Counted from the first letter of the stretch, positions 1 through 8,591 are shown. The stretch is DNA of 32,000 bases from Geobacter sulfurreducens PCA (GCF_000007985.2 NC_002939.5:1500001-1532000); one strand, 5' to 3'. Numbers and translations are program-made. The notes: generated by a model from the sequence alone, not told the origin.

Positions 1-536
1 GCCGCGTGGATCTCGGCGATCTGGAACCCGGCCAGCAGGGAGCGGCGGGCCGCGTCCACGAAGGCCGCCGTGATGGCGTCGATCTCCCCGGTGCTCAGTT
101 CCTGCGGTACGATGCACCCCTCGTCAAAGGGGATGGGGCTGGGGGCCACGATGGGCCAGCCTCCTTCGGCCCCGGACAGGGTGGCGGTCCGCTGTTCCCA
201 CGGGGCCGGGGTGCTCGCCTTGCGGCCGGCATGGGCCAGCTGAATGCCGGCGGTGCTGCCGCGCTGGGTGATGAAGTGGACGATGCGGGCCAGAAATTCG
301 ATGTGCTCGTCGCGCCAGATGCCGAGGTCCCGGGGACTGATCCGCCCCTGGGGGGTGACGGCGGTGGCCTCGGTCAGCACCAGGCCGGCGCCGCCGGCCG
401 CGCGGCTGCCCAGGTGGACCAGGTGCCAGTCGTTGGCAAAGCCGTCTTCGCTGGAATACATGCACATGGGGGATACGGCGATGCGGTTGGGCAGGGTCAG
501 GCTGCGTATGGTCAAGGGTTCGAAGAGATGTGACAT
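1..536 (-). CDS. Old Yellow Enzyme family NADH:flavin oxidoreductase / NADPH dehydrogenase (N-terminal part; C-terminus lies beyond the window start)
   Basis: Not in the supplied ORF track because it runs off the window. My own minus-strand translation from ATG (complement of 534-536) gives MSHLFEPLTIRSLTLPNRIAVSPMCMYSSEDGFANDWHLVHLGSRAAGGAGLVLTEATAVTPQGRISPRDLGIWRDEHIEFL...GIQLAHAGRKAS. These are classic YqjM/NamA OYE motifs (SPMCMY, EATAV, QLAHAGRKA). AGGAGG RBS lies at 541-548 (complement). Confidence 0.8.
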   Translation of the reverse strand, partial: MSHLFEPLTIRSLTLPNRIAVSPMCMYSSEDGFANDWHLVHLGSRAAGGAGLVLTEATAVTPQGRISPRDLGIWRDEHIEFLARIVHFITQRGSTAGIQLAHAGRKASTPAPWEQRTATLSGAEGGWPIVAPSPIPFDEGCIVPQELSTGEIDAITAAFVDAARRSLLAGFQIAEIHA

Positions 537-638
537 GGCGTGCCTCCTTGGCTGGTGGTTCATGGGTCCGGTGCCCTGGTTACAGCATAGCACCGAATTC
601 ACCGTTGCGAACCGGGAGCTGCCCCGGCAGGAATGGCG

Positions 639-1499
639 CTACTCCAGCACCCGGAATACCGCCGCGAAATCCTCGTCGGCATGGCCAGCGGCGCGGGCGC
701 GCTTGAAACTCTCGTTGGCCGTGGCCGCGCCGTGGAGCGGCTGGCCGAGCCGGTCGCCCAGCTCGACGGCCAGGCGCAGGTCCTTCTGCATGTGCTTGAG
801 GGGGAAGCTGGTCGGGAATTCACCGCTCAGGAGCATCTGCCCCTTGCCCTTGAACATGGGGTTGGCCATTGCCCCGGCATCGAGCACCTCCAGCAGCTGG
901 CCGCCGTCGAGGCCGCAGTTCCGGCCCAGGGCCATCCCTTCGCCCAGGGCCGTCATCATCTGGCCCATGATCATGTTGACCACCAGCTTCATCCGCGCCC
1001 CCTGGCCCACCTCGCCCAGGTGGAGGCATTTCTTGCCCAGTGCGGCAAAGGCCGGCCCGGCGTCGGTAAAGAGGCTCTGGTCGCCCGCGGCCAGGATGAT
1101 CAGGGTGCCGTCCTCGGCCGGCTTTTTGGTGCCCGAGACCGGGGCTTCCAGGAACCGTCCCCCCCGCGCGGTCACAGCCGCGCCGATGGCGGTGCTGGTT
1201 TCGTCGTCCACCGTGGACATGTCGATGTAGCCGCGGCCGCCGCCGATCCCCTCCAGCACCCCGTTGGCCCCGAAGCAGACCTCCCTCGCCGCGGCCGGGT
1301 CGGCCAGCATGGCAATGGTGATGTCGCAGGCGGCGCAGACCTCAGCGGGGCTCGATGCCTGCCGGGCGCCCAGGGCGACCAGGGGGGCGCACTTGGCGGG
1401 ATTGCGGTTCCAGACGGTAACGTCGAATCCAGCCCGCACCAGGTTGGCCGCCATGGGGCCTCCCATGATGCCGAGCCCGAGAAAGCCGTATGTTGTCAT
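639..1499 (-). CDS. NAD(P)-dependent beta-hydroxyacid dehydrogenase (3-hydroxyisobutyrate / glyoxylate-succinic semialdehyde reductase family)
   Basis: 286-aa ORF with N-terminal Rossmann motif GFLGLGIMGGPMAANL and family-typical GxxLEAPVSG and KD(L)xLA motifs. AAGGAG RBS lies upstream of the ATG. Confidence 0.85.
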   Translation of the reverse strand: MTTYGFLGLGIMGGPMAANLVRAGFDVTVWNRNPAKCAPLVALGARQASSPAEVCAACDITIAMLADPAAAREVCFGANGVLEGIGGGRGYIDMSTVDDETSTAIGAAVTARGGRFLEAPVSGTKKPAEDGTLIILAAGDQSLFTDAGPAFAALGKKCLHLGEVGQGARMKLVVNMIMGQMMTALGEGMALGRNCGLDGGQLLEVLDAGAMANPMFKGKGQMLLSGEFPTSFPLKHMQKDLRLAVELGDRLGQPLHGAATANESFKRARAAGHADEDFAAVFRVLE

Positions 1500-1862
1500 C
1501 TGCTGCTCCTTTCCAATCTGGTGTGTTCGTGGTGGTTGCTGGTATGAGGATAGTCCCGACCGGCGTCGAGTTCAAGAGCGGTTCCTGCCGAAATAGTGCC
1601 TGATCCTGTCGACGGCCGGAAAATATCCCCGGTTTCAGGCTGAAGTCTGCTACGTTATTTCGGCAGGGCGGAATTCTTTGCGATGACGGCGAGAGGTGGC
1701 GACTATAGACAGCAGGATGGTGAAGATGATGCAGCGGGAGCGGTTGGCCGGGTTGATCGGGGCGCTGGCGGCGACGGAAAGGGGCGTCCACTCGCTGCCG
1801 GAGGAGTAAGCGTGGCGGGGCAGGGGGGCGGTTGTCCGCCCGGGACGGCTGCGGGAGGCAGG

Positions 1863-1901
1863 CCGGCGGATGCGGAGCGGGAGTGCCGCCGCATCCGCCG
1901 G
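1863..1901 (-). terminator. Hairpin immediately downstream of the chemoreceptor gene (13-bp perfect stem)
   Basis: CCGGCGGATGCGG (1863-1875) pairs perfectly with CCGCATCCGCCGG (1889-1901), with a 13-nt loop. It begins 11 nt after the MCP stop codon. No clear U-tract follows, so intrinsic termination is uncertain. Confidence 0.45.
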
Positions 1902-1911
1902 GCCGTTGCGA

Positions 1912-3537
1912 TCATGCGATCCTGAAGTTCCCCACCACGTTCTGGAGCTGATGGGCCTGCTGGGCCAGCTGGGCCGCGGCGGCGGAGACCTCCTCGGCGC
2001 CCCGGGCGGTCTGCTGGACCACGTCGGAGATCTGCTGGATGTTGGAGGTGATCTCGCCGGTGGTGGCGGTCTGCTCTTCGGCGGCGGTGGCGATCTGGTT
2101 TATCTGCATGGTCACGTCGTTGATCCGGTCCAGGATCTCGGCCAGGGCCTGGCCCGACTTGTGGGAGGTGACGGAACCCTTTTCAACCTCGCCGACCCCT
2201 TCTTCCATGGCCTGGACGGCGGCCTTGGTCTCGTTCTGAATGGCCTTGATCATGCCGCTGATCTCTTTGGTGGCCTTGGTGGTGCGTTCGGCCAGGGCCC
2301 GTACCTCGTCGGCCACCACGGCGAAGCCGCGTCCCTGCTCGCCGGCGCGGGCCGCCTCGATGGCGGCGTTGAGGGCCAGCAGGTTGGTCTGGTCGGCGAT
2401 GTCCTCGATGGTGCCGATGATCTCCCCGATCTGCTCGGAGCGGCGGCCCAGGGCATCCACGGTGCCGGCGGTCTGCTTGACCCGCTCGGCAATGACCACC
2501 ATCCCGCTGTTGGTTTCCTGAACGACGGCGGAACCGTTGGACGCGGTGACGCTGGTTTCGCGGGAGCTTTCCGCGGCCAGGGTACAGTTCTGGGCGATGT
2601 CCCGGCTGGTGGACGACATCTCCTCGCTGGCCGTGGCCACGGCACCCACCTGGCTGGCAACCTCCTCCGAACCGGTGGCGATCTGCTCGGAGGTGGCGTG
2701 GAGCTGGTTGGAGGCGGAGGCAATGCCGTGGGAGATGCTGATTGCCTCGGCGATCAGGTGGCGCAGGCTGGTCACCATGTTCCCCATGGCGGCCATGAGC
2801 TGGCCGGTCTCGTCCCTGCCGCCAGCCCGGACCTCCACGGTCAGGTCGCCGGCGGCAAGCCGGTTGGCCACCTCGACCCCTTCGGCCAGGGGGCCGGTAA
2901 TGGAGCGGGTAATGAGCAGGCCGGCGGTGCCGGCGATCAGTACTCCCACGATGATCGCCACCAAGGAGATGGTCCGGCTTGCCCGGTACAATCCGGAGCT
3001 GTGGTCGTATTCTTGCTTGGCGATCTTCAACTGGTCGTCCACCAGGCTGCTGAACTTAGCCGACACCGGATCGATGGCCGGGTAGAGCTCGGAAACCGTG
3101 AAAGCGGTGAGGGCTTCGGCATCTTCGGCGCTCAGAATCGATGCCAGCCGCTCCAGCGTGGCATCGGCGACCTTGATCAGCGGCTTGGCCTCTTCGAGGT
3201 GTTTTTTCTCCTCTTCCGCCAGATTGGTGGCCAGATACGCCTGCAACTTCTCCGCAATGGTCTTTTTCGCCTCTTCGACGCTCTTGCGTCCCTCGGTCCA
3301 GGTGATATTGCCGTTGCGCACCTTGTGGGACACGTCCACGATGTTCACCGCGTACATATCTGCAATGATTTTCAGATCCTTCAGGGGGAGCACGCGGTCC
3401 CTGTACACCGTGTCCAGACCGTTGTTGGCTGTTCTCGCGGTGTTGAGCCCCAGTGCGCCGATAACGATCAACAGGATCGACATGAAGCCGATCAATCCGT
3501 ACAGTCTGGTGCCGATTTTCAGGTTCTGCAGCATCAT
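1912..3537 (-). CDS. Methyl-accepting chemotaxis protein (two TM segments, periplasmic sensor, HAMP, MA signalling domain)
   Basis: 541-aa ORF with an N-terminal TM segment ([20 protein letters not shown]) and a second TM segment followed by HAMP. The highly conserved signalling hairpin reads [48 protein letters not shown] is present upstream. Confidence 0.95.
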   Translation of the reverse strand: MMLQNLKIGTRLYGLIGFMSILLIVIGALGLNTARTANNGLDTVYRDRVLPLKDLKIIADMYAVNIVDVSHKVRNGNITWTEGRKSVEEAKKTIAEKLQAYLATNLAEEEKKHLEEAKPLIKVADATLERLASILSAEDAEALTAFTVSELYPAIDPVSAKFSSLVDDQLKIAKQEYDHSSGLYRASRTISLVAIIVGVLIAGTAGLLITRSITGPLAEGVEVANRLAAGDLTVEVRAGGRDETGQLMAAMGNMVTSLRHLIAEAISISHGIASASNQLHATSEQIATGSEEVASQVGAVATASEEMSSTSRDIAQNCTLAAESSRETSVTASNGSAVVQETNSGMVVIAERVKQTAGTVDALGRRSEQIGEIIGTIEDIADQTNLLALNAAIEAARAGEQGRGFAVVADEVRALAERTTKATKEISGMIKAIQNETKAAVQAMEEGVGEVEKGSVTSHKSGQALAEILDRINDVTMQINQIATAAEEQTATTGEITSNIQQISDVVQQTARGAEEVSAAAAQLAQQAHQLQNVVGNFRIA

Positions 3538-3679
3538 CCGTTACCTCCTTCAGAGTTGAGTCCTTTTGTTCTTCGGCGTCAAACAGCGTTTACTTGAGGA
3601 CTTTGCAACAAATTTCCGTAAACGGGATGTATTCATATTCTATGTTAATTTTTCTTTGCTAATATTTGTTTCTGCTGGT

Positions 3680-3835
3680 GTAAAGGGGCCGGGGACCCTC
3701 CCTCCGAAAAAACCCCAAGCGTCGCCAGTATCCCTCGCTTCGCCGCCGCAGCCGTGGAGCCGGCTTCCTGCCGCGCCGGTACCCTGCTTTTTTGCGGTGC
3801 TTTTTTCTCCGGAAGAGTCTCCGGCCCCTGTGGGG
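3680..3835. repeat. Copy 1 of a ~156-bp imperfect-palindromic intergenic element (MITE/ERIC-like)
   Basis: Roughly 90% identical by eye to 3858-4013. Its ends form an inverted repeat: AGGGGCCGGGGACCCTCCCTCCGAAAAAA against TTTTTTCTCCGGAAGAGTCTCCGGCCCCT. Confidence 0.8.
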
Positions 3836-3857
3836 AGTGTGGGTGGAAAAATGAAAT

Positions 3858-4013
3858 GTAAAGGGGTCCGGGGACCCTCCCTCCGAAAAAACCCCAAGCG
3901 TCGCCAGTATCCCCCGCTTTGCCGCCGCAGCCGTGGAGCCGGCTTCCTGCCGCACTGGCACCCTGTTTTTTTGCGGTGTTTTTTCTCCGGGAGAATCCCC
4001 GGACCCCGTGGGG
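3858..4013. repeat. Copy 2 of the ~156-bp imperfect-palindromic intergenic element
   Basis: Direct tandem copy, separated from copy 1 by 22 nt. It has the same terminal inverted repeats and the same internal GC-rich core (CCCCAAGCGTCGCCAGTATCCC...GCCGCAGCCGTGGAGCCGGCTTCCTGCCGC). Confidence 0.8.
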
Positions 4014-4124
4014 CACTGGGATTAATTGTGCTCCCAATTCTCAATGTTCCGTGCGATAACTGCACGGGTCGCGAACCCGGCGGACAGGGGACGAACGAGG
4101 ACGGGAAGGGGAAGGGCTGACACT

Positions 4125-4799
4125 ATGGATCGATCATCACGCAACCGGCTGACGGAGCGGCAGATCCCCCGCTTTGCCGGGGAGACCCTGTTCGACGGCA
4201 TTGCCCGGGCGGTCTGTCGTGCGGGCTGTCTGCCGCGCAAGGAACTGTACGAGGCGTGGGAGGTGGCGCGGCGGGTGCGCCGGCGTTTCCGAGGCGGGCG
4301 GGTTGTGGACCTGGCCTGTGGCCACGGGCTGCTGGCCTGGATCATGCTGCTGCTGGACGACAGCTCCCCCGGCGCACTGGCCGTGGACCGGCGCCTCCCG
4401 CCGAGCGCCGCAGGCCTGGCTGCTGTCCTGGAAACGGAGTGGCCGCGCCTGCGGGGGCGCGTCCGGTTGCTGGAGGCGGATCTGGCGGAGGTGGAACTGG
4501 GCCGTGACGATCTGGTCGTCTCGGCTCATGCCTGCGGGGGGCTGACGGACCTGGTGCTGGCGCGGGCGGTGGCTGCCGGGGCGCGGGTGGCGGTGCTCCC
4601 CTGCTGCCACGATCTGGCCGGGGCCGACCTGGCCGGGCTGCAGGGGTGGCTGGACGGGCCCCTGGCCATGGACGTGCTGCGCGCGACCGGCCTGCGGGAG
4701 CGGGGCTACCGCGTCTTTACCCAACAGATACCTGGGGATATCTCGCCCAAAAACCGGCTGCTGCTGGCCGAGCCGGCCTCTTTCAGTCCCTGCCGATGA
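4125..4799 (+). CDS. Class I SAM-dependent methyltransferase family protein
   Basis: ORF frame 4026-4799. I prefer the ATG at 4125 (MDRSSRNRL...) because the upstream part overlaps the repeat element. Motif I-like VVDLACGHGLL is present, followed by an acidic loop (LLEADL). Confidence 0.6.
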   Translation: MDRSSRNRLTERQIPRFAGETLFDGIARAVCRAGCLPRKELYEAWEVARRVRRRFRGGRVVDLACGHGLLAWIMLLLDDSSPGALAVDRRLPPSAAGLAAVLETEWPRLRGRVRLLEADLAEVELGRDDLVVSAHACGGLTDLVLARAVAAGARVAVLPCCHDLAGADLAGLQGWLDGPLAMDVLRATGLRERGYRVFTQQIPGDISPKNRLLLAEPASFSPCR

Positions 4800-5604
4800 C
4801 CGAGCCCCAGGTTTCCCCCTCCAGGAAGCTCCCGGCAACGTTGGCTTCCATCTCCTTGAACCGGGCGAAGGGGATGGTGAAGGTTAGTTTGTCGCTCGCT
4901 CCCTGGCTCTTCAGGTAGTTGCGGGCAGAAATGTCGGTCAGGCCGATCAGGCAGCGGGGTGCGGAGGATTGGGCCTCCCGGTACGACATGATTCCCACCA
5001 CCTGGCAGGCGGCCAGGTACGGGACAGCCACGTTCTCGAAGCCGGGGCGGTCGTAGTTGGCCAGGACCACCAGGGCGGAGAGCTGGTCCGGGGTGACCAG
5101 GAAGGTGACCGAGACCGGGGATTCCCGCTCCGGGTCCACCAGGGACAGGGGCTTCATCACCACGTAGGGGGCGGGGACTTCGGTGATGGGCGCTGCGGCC
5201 ACGAACTTTTCCACCAGTTCCGGGGATTTCTTGTAGCGTTCGCCGTGCAGGAAGTGCTCGACGAATTCGCTGCGGGCTCCGGCGTTCTTCATGGCCTCAG
5301 CCATGGCACTGCCGGCCGGGTCCGAGGCGTTGCCGGTGGAGAGGAAACGGCAGAAGCCGGGGATGCCGCCGGGAAACGACTCGTAGGCATTGCCGAAACC
5401 CAGGCCGACCCCGCCACCGACGCAGCCATAGGTCTCCCGGTCGAAGGCGCCGGTCTTGCCCCGGCTGGCCGCGGCCAGGAGGAACATGACGCACCCCCAG
5501 CTTCCCTTGGCGAACTGCCCGGCGCCTTCCGGCTTCTCATCGGCAAAGAGCACTGCCACCGGTTCCGTTTCCAGTCGAATGGCCTTCCCAATCGCGCTTT
5601 CCAT
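4783..5604 (-). CDS. DUF169 family protein
   Basis: The ORF frame extends to 5655. The ATG at 5604 (MESAIGKAIRLETEPVAVLF...) has a GGGAGGA RBS 5 nt upstream. Sequence features (PVAVLF, C..GGG.GLGFGN, Gly-rich centre) resemble DUF169 proteins as I remember them. It converges on the methyltransferase gene and overlaps it by 17 nt. Confidence 0.6.
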   Translation of the reverse strand: MESAIGKAIRLETEPVAVLFADEKPEGAGQFAKGSWGCVMFLLAAASRGKTGAFDRETYGCVGGGVGLGFGNAYESFPGGIPGFCRFLSTGNASDPAGSAMAEAMKNAGARSEFVEHFLHGERYKKSPELVEKFVAAAPITEVPAPYVVMKPLSLVDPERESPVSVTFLVTPDQLSALVVLANYDRPGFENVAVPYLAACQVVGIMSYREAQSSAPRCLIGLTDISARNYLKSQGASDKLTFTIPFARFKEMEANVAGSFLEGETWGSVIGRD

Positions 5605-5697
5605 TGATCCTCCCGGCCCCGGGCAGCCCGGGGCGATTCGTCGTTCAATCAACATTCAACAGCACTCACTTGACCGGCTTCAGGTTCCATCAGCCGT

Positions 5698-6480
5698 TCA
5701 GCAGTCGCGAAACACGGCGGGGCGCTTCTCCAGAAAGGCGCTCATACCTTCCTTCTGGTCCGCCGTGGAGAAGCTGTGGGCAAAGAGCTCGGCCTCGTAG
5801 GCGCATGCCTTGGTCAGTTCCATGTTCAGGCCGTTGTTTACCGCTTCCTTGCAGAGTCCCACGGCAACCATGCCCTTGGCGGCAATGGCGCGGGCCAGCC
5901 GCCGGGCCTCCTCCGGCAGTTCTTCCTGGGTCACCACCCGGTTCACCAGTCCGATGCGGTGGGCCTCCCGGGCGTCAATCATCTCGCCGGTAAGGATCAT
6001 CTCCAGGGCCCGCCCTTTGCCCACCAGCCGGGGAAGCCGCTGGGTGCCCCCGAAGCCGGGGATGATGCCGATGTTGATCTCCGGTTGGCCGAATTTCGCG
6101 TTCTCCGAGGCGAGCCGGATGTCGCAGGCCATGGCCAGTTCGCACCCGCCGCCCAGGGCGTAGCCGTTGACCGCCGCGATGAAGGTCTTGGGAGACCGTT
6201 CGATGTCGGCATAGATCTGGTGGGCCTGCCGGGCCAGATCCCGCGCCTGGGCCGGTGTCATGTCCCGCATGGCGGCGATGTCGGCGCCCGCCATGAAGGC
6301 CTTGGTCCCGGCGCCGGTCAGGATCGCGGCCCGGACCTCGGGGGCGCCGTTCACCCGCCGGACCGCCTCGGCCAGCTCGTCCAGGGTTGCGGGAGTCATG
6401 GCGTTCATGGCGCTCGGTCTGTTGATCGTGATGGCGGCGATTCCTTCGCTGATCTCCAGCAGCAGATGGTATCCGTTCAT
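5698..6480 (-). CDS. Enoyl-CoA hydratase (crotonase superfamily)
   Basis: 260-aa ORF with ITINRP..MNA, FMAGADI and ALGGGCELAMACDIR, plus GQPEINIGIIPGFGGTQRLPRLVG. These are canonical crotonase oxyanion-hole and catalytic Glu motifs. Confidence 0.92.
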   Translation of the reverse strand: MNGYHLLLEISEGIAAITINRPSAMNAMTPATLDELAEAVRRVNGAPEVRAAILTGAGTKAFMAGADIAAMRDMTPAQARDLARQAHQIYADIERSPKTFIAAVNGYALGGGCELAMACDIRLASENAKFGQPEINIGIIPGFGGTQRLPRLVGKGRALEMILTGEMIDAREAHRIGLVNRVVTQEELPEEARRLARAIAAKGMVAVGLCKEAVNNGLNMELTKACAYEAELFAHSFSTADQKEGMSAFLEKRPAVFRDC

Positions 6481-6723
6481 GGTCTCCTCCCGGTTGATGT
6501 GGTCGCCCGGCTATGGTAGGTTCAGCAGTGTCCGCCCGATGCCGCGCCGGACGGGACGAATTTCCGCGGTGCCGGCTGTCCGGCGCCGGATGGTGTTTCT
6601 ATTAGACCTCGCGTCCGGAAATAATCAAGTGATTTATCCCGTTGCGGCCAGGGGCGAGGAGACACCCACCGTCCGGCACCGCGGGCGCCGACGGTTTCCC
6701 GGACGCCATGGAGGCATGTAAGC

Positions 6724-7755
6724 GTGCTTACTCCCGAACAGATGGGCACCCTGCTCGCCGGCCTCCCCGACGGGTGCGGCGCGGCCGCGCTGGCCCTCAG
6801 GCGCGGTGACGTTATCCTGCAGGCCGGCGTTAATCTTTCCTCGGACCATTCAACCGGCCCCGGCTCACCGGCGCCCCTGTTTCTGGCCTACAGCTGCACC
6901 AAGACCTTCATTGCCGCCCTGGTGCTCCGGTTGGGCGAGGAAGGACGCCTTGCCCTGACGGATCCCGTTTCCCGCTGGTTTCCCGATCTCCCGCACTCCT
7001 CCGCCATCACCGTGCGCCACCTGCTCAACCATACCTCGGGCCTGCCCGACTACGGGCCGCTTGCGGCGTACCACCAGGCCGTTCGCCGGACGCCGTCCCG
7101 GCCGTGGAATTCCGACGAGTTCCTGGCGCGGACCCTGGCGCAGGGGGTGCTGTTCGAGCCGGGGAAGGGGTGGAGCTACTCGAATATCGGCTATCTGCTG
7201 CTCAGGATGATCGTCGAGACGCTGACCGGCGAGCGGCTGGCCGGGTTGCTGGCGGCGCGTTTTTTCCACCCCCTCGGCCTGGGGGACACGTTCGTGCCCG
7301 AGACCGTGGCTGATCTTGGGCGGCTGCAGCCGTCCCGATCCGGACTGGTGGCCGAGGAGGGGGCCGTCGATGTCCGCCGCGTCTACCACCCGGGCTGGGT
7401 TTCCCACGGTGTTGTCGCCTCGACCCCGGCCGACATGGCCGAGTTCTGCCGCCGCCTGTTCACCGGCGCGGTCCTGTCCCGCGACTCCCTGGCAGCCATG
7501 ACCACCCTGACCCCGGTGCCGGGTGCGCCGCCACGCTATGGCCGGCCCTGCTACGGTCTCGGTATCATGGCTGACTGCGCATCCCGGTTCGGGATGCTCC
7601 TGGGGCACAACGGCGGCGGCCCCGGCTACGGGGCCAGCGTATTCCACGCCCCGGACCACCACGGCGGCCCCCTGACGGTCTGCGCCATGGTCGCGTGCGA
7701 GGCGCCGGATCTGGCCGAACGGCTGGTCATGGCCGTTCTGGAGGAAACAGCGTGA
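6724..7755 (+). CDS. Beta-lactamase-fold serine hydrolase (class C / DD-peptidase-related)
   Basis: 343-aa ORF with an SxxK motif (YSCTKTF), a YxN motif (WSYSNIGY) and an HxG-type third motif region (LGHNGGGPGY). The start is uncertain (GTG 6724 or ATG 6742). Confidence 0.75.
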   Translation: MLTPEQMGTLLAGLPDGCGAAALALRRGDVILQAGVNLSSDHSTGPGSPAPLFLAYSCTKTFIAALVLRLGEEGRLALTDPVSRWFPDLPHSSAITVRHLLNHTSGLPDYGPLAAYHQAVRRTPSRPWNSDEFLARTLAQGVLFEPGKGWSYSNIGYLLLRMIVETLTGERLAGLLAARFFHPLGLGDTFVPETVADLGRLQPSRSGLVAEEGAVDVRRVYHPGWVSHGVVASTPADMAEFCRRLFTGAVLSRDSLAAMTTLTPVPGAPPRYGRPCYGLGIMADCASRFGMLLGHNGGGPGYGASVFHAPDHHGGPLTVCAMVACEAPDLAERLVMAVLEETA

Positions 7756-7859
7756 GAACCGGCCTTCAGACCTGGGGACGCGAAGTGAATGTGCGACCGT
7801 TCGTCGCCCCGGGTCGGGTGAGGCTTCGTTAATCGCTCTCATCTAAGTGATATTTAGTC

Positions 7860-7888
7860 TTGACGGATCCGGCCGGGCCTTCTATGAT
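7860..7888 (+). promoter_or_regulatory. Sigma70-type promoter candidate for fur
   Basis: TTGACG (7860-7865), exactly 17 nt, then TATGAT (7883-7888). It lies 29 nt upstream of the fur ATG with a GAGGGTGG RBS between. Confidence 0.5.
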
Positions 7889-7916
7889 GATATTCACTTT
7901 CAGTTGAGGGTGGTCC

Positions 7917-8348
7917 ATGAAGCGGGCAAAAAAGCAGATCTTCCATGATTACATCGCCAAGCACGGGCTCAAGTCGACCCGCCAGCGGGATATCATTCTT
8001 GATGCCTTCCTCTCCACCGACCGCCACCTGAGCATCGAGGAGCTGTACCTCAAGCTCAGGGCAAAGCACCCGAACATTGGTTACGCCACGGTCTACCGCA
8101 CCCTCAAGCTGTTCGCGGAATCGGGCATCGCCCGGGAGATGCAGTTCGGCGACGGTCAGACCCGCTACGAGCACGTGACCGAAGGTGAGCACCACGACCA
8201 CCTGGTCTGTACCGGGTGCGGCGCCATCATCGAGTTCGAGAACGAGGCCATCGAGAAGTTGCAGGACGATGTGGCCGCGGCCCACGACTTCGTCATCACC
8301 ACCCATAAGCTTGAGTTGTACGGTCTCTGCGCCGCCTGTCGCAAATAG
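7917..8348 (+). CDS. fur: Ferric uptake regulator Fur
   Basis: 143-aa ORF with a winged-helix region (KSTRQRDIILDAFL...HLSIEELY...ATVYRTLKLF). Metal-site residues match the Fur family (HHDHLVCTGCG ... CAAC). Confidence 0.93.
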   Translation: MKRAKKQIFHDYIAKHGLKSTRQRDIILDAFLSTDRHLSIEELYLKLRAKHPNIGYATVYRTLKLFAESGIAREMQFGDGQTRYEHVTEGEHHDHLVCTGCGAIIEFENEAIEKLQDDVAAAHDFVITTHKLELYGLCAACRK

Positions 8349-8356
8349 GGCTGATC

Positions 8357-8387
8357 GTGCCGCGCCGTCCGACGGCCCGGCACTTTT
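8357..8387 (+). terminator. Rho-independent terminator candidate after fur
   Basis: GTGCCG (8357-8362) pairs with CGGCAC (8378-8383), with an inner CCGTC/GACGG pairing, followed by TTTT (8384-8387). Confidence 0.55.
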
Positions 8388-8401
8388 CCCGCGGCGATGT
8401 C

Positions 8402-8416
8402 TGAAAGTGATTTTCA
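8402..8416 (+). promoter_or_regulatory. Fur-box-like 7-1-7 inverted repeat upstream of feoB
   Basis: TGAAAGT-G-ATTTTCA matches the TGATAAT-N-ATTATCA consensus at 11 of 14 specified positions. It lies in the 243-nt fur-feoB spacer. Confidence 0.4.
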
Positions 8417-8591
8417 CTAGCATAAGAGGCTCATGCAAAACGGTATGAGTTGGCCGGGATTGCAGGCGCAAGCGAGCGAGGACGTGAGGCGTACTCGTTG
8501 GTACGTTGAGCTTTTGAGCGAGCGGCAACAGCGCAGCCCGGGCCCGCAGCAGTTGTGCAAGGGCCTCAACTATTCATGAGGAGTTTGATAC

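Noticed and set aside
6-1230. Plus-strand ORFs at 6-533 and 244-1230, and a minus-strand ORF at 124-465, lie at the left edge of the window.
   Set aside because: The minus-strand frame starting at 536 gives an unmistakable Old Yellow Enzyme N-terminus with a good RBS, and 639-1499 (-) is a clear dehydrogenase. The listed ORFs are Arg/Pro/Gly-rich shadows of these two genes.
1683-1810. Short candidate ORFs lie in the 1500-1911 gap. One is a ~30-codon plus-strand ORF (MVKMMQRERLAGLIGALAATERGVHSLPEE). Another is a minus-strand frame with a TM-like IIFTILLSIVATS segment.
   Set aside because: Neither has a convincing start codon and RBS combination, both are too short to judge, and neither has a recognisable motif. 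The region is left as non-coding of unknown function.
1870-3597. A 575-aa plus-strand ORF lies opposite the chemoreceptor gene. Similar long antisense ORFs lie at 5776-6519 (+), 6865-7842 (-), 8574-10175 (-), 10367-11677 (-), 13761-14513 (-) and 18083-18751 (-).
   Set aside because: Their composition is low-complexity (Gly/Arg/Pro/Leu/His-rich). They have no recognisable motifs or RBS, and each lies exactly antisense to a gene with strong family signatures. This is typical stop-codon depletion in high-GC DNA.
3603-3618. A possible sigma54 promoter (GG…TTGCA; minus-strand CGGAAATTTGTTGCA) lies upstream of the chemoreceptor gene. A FliA-like TAAA…GCCGAAGA motif lies nearby.
   Set aside because: The GG-to-GC spacing is 9 nt rather than the required 10, and the -24 element is poor (CGGAAA against TGGCAC). 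The sigma28-like halves are about 11 nt apart rather than about 15.
3566-4120. Four overlapping ORFs (100-184 aa) on both strands lie across the MCP/methyltransferase intergenic region. The first 99 nt of ORF 4026-4799 also fall here.
   Set aside because: They run through the two tandem palindromic repeat copies and repeat each other's peptide sequence, so they are repeat-induced artefacts. For the methyltransferase I use the ATG at 4125.
7880-7900. A possible Fur box overlaps the fur promoter -10 region (TGATGATATTCACTT), which would imply autoregulation.
   Set aside because: Only the left half-site resembles TGATAAT. The right half matches 2 of 7 positions, so this is not supportable from sequence alone.
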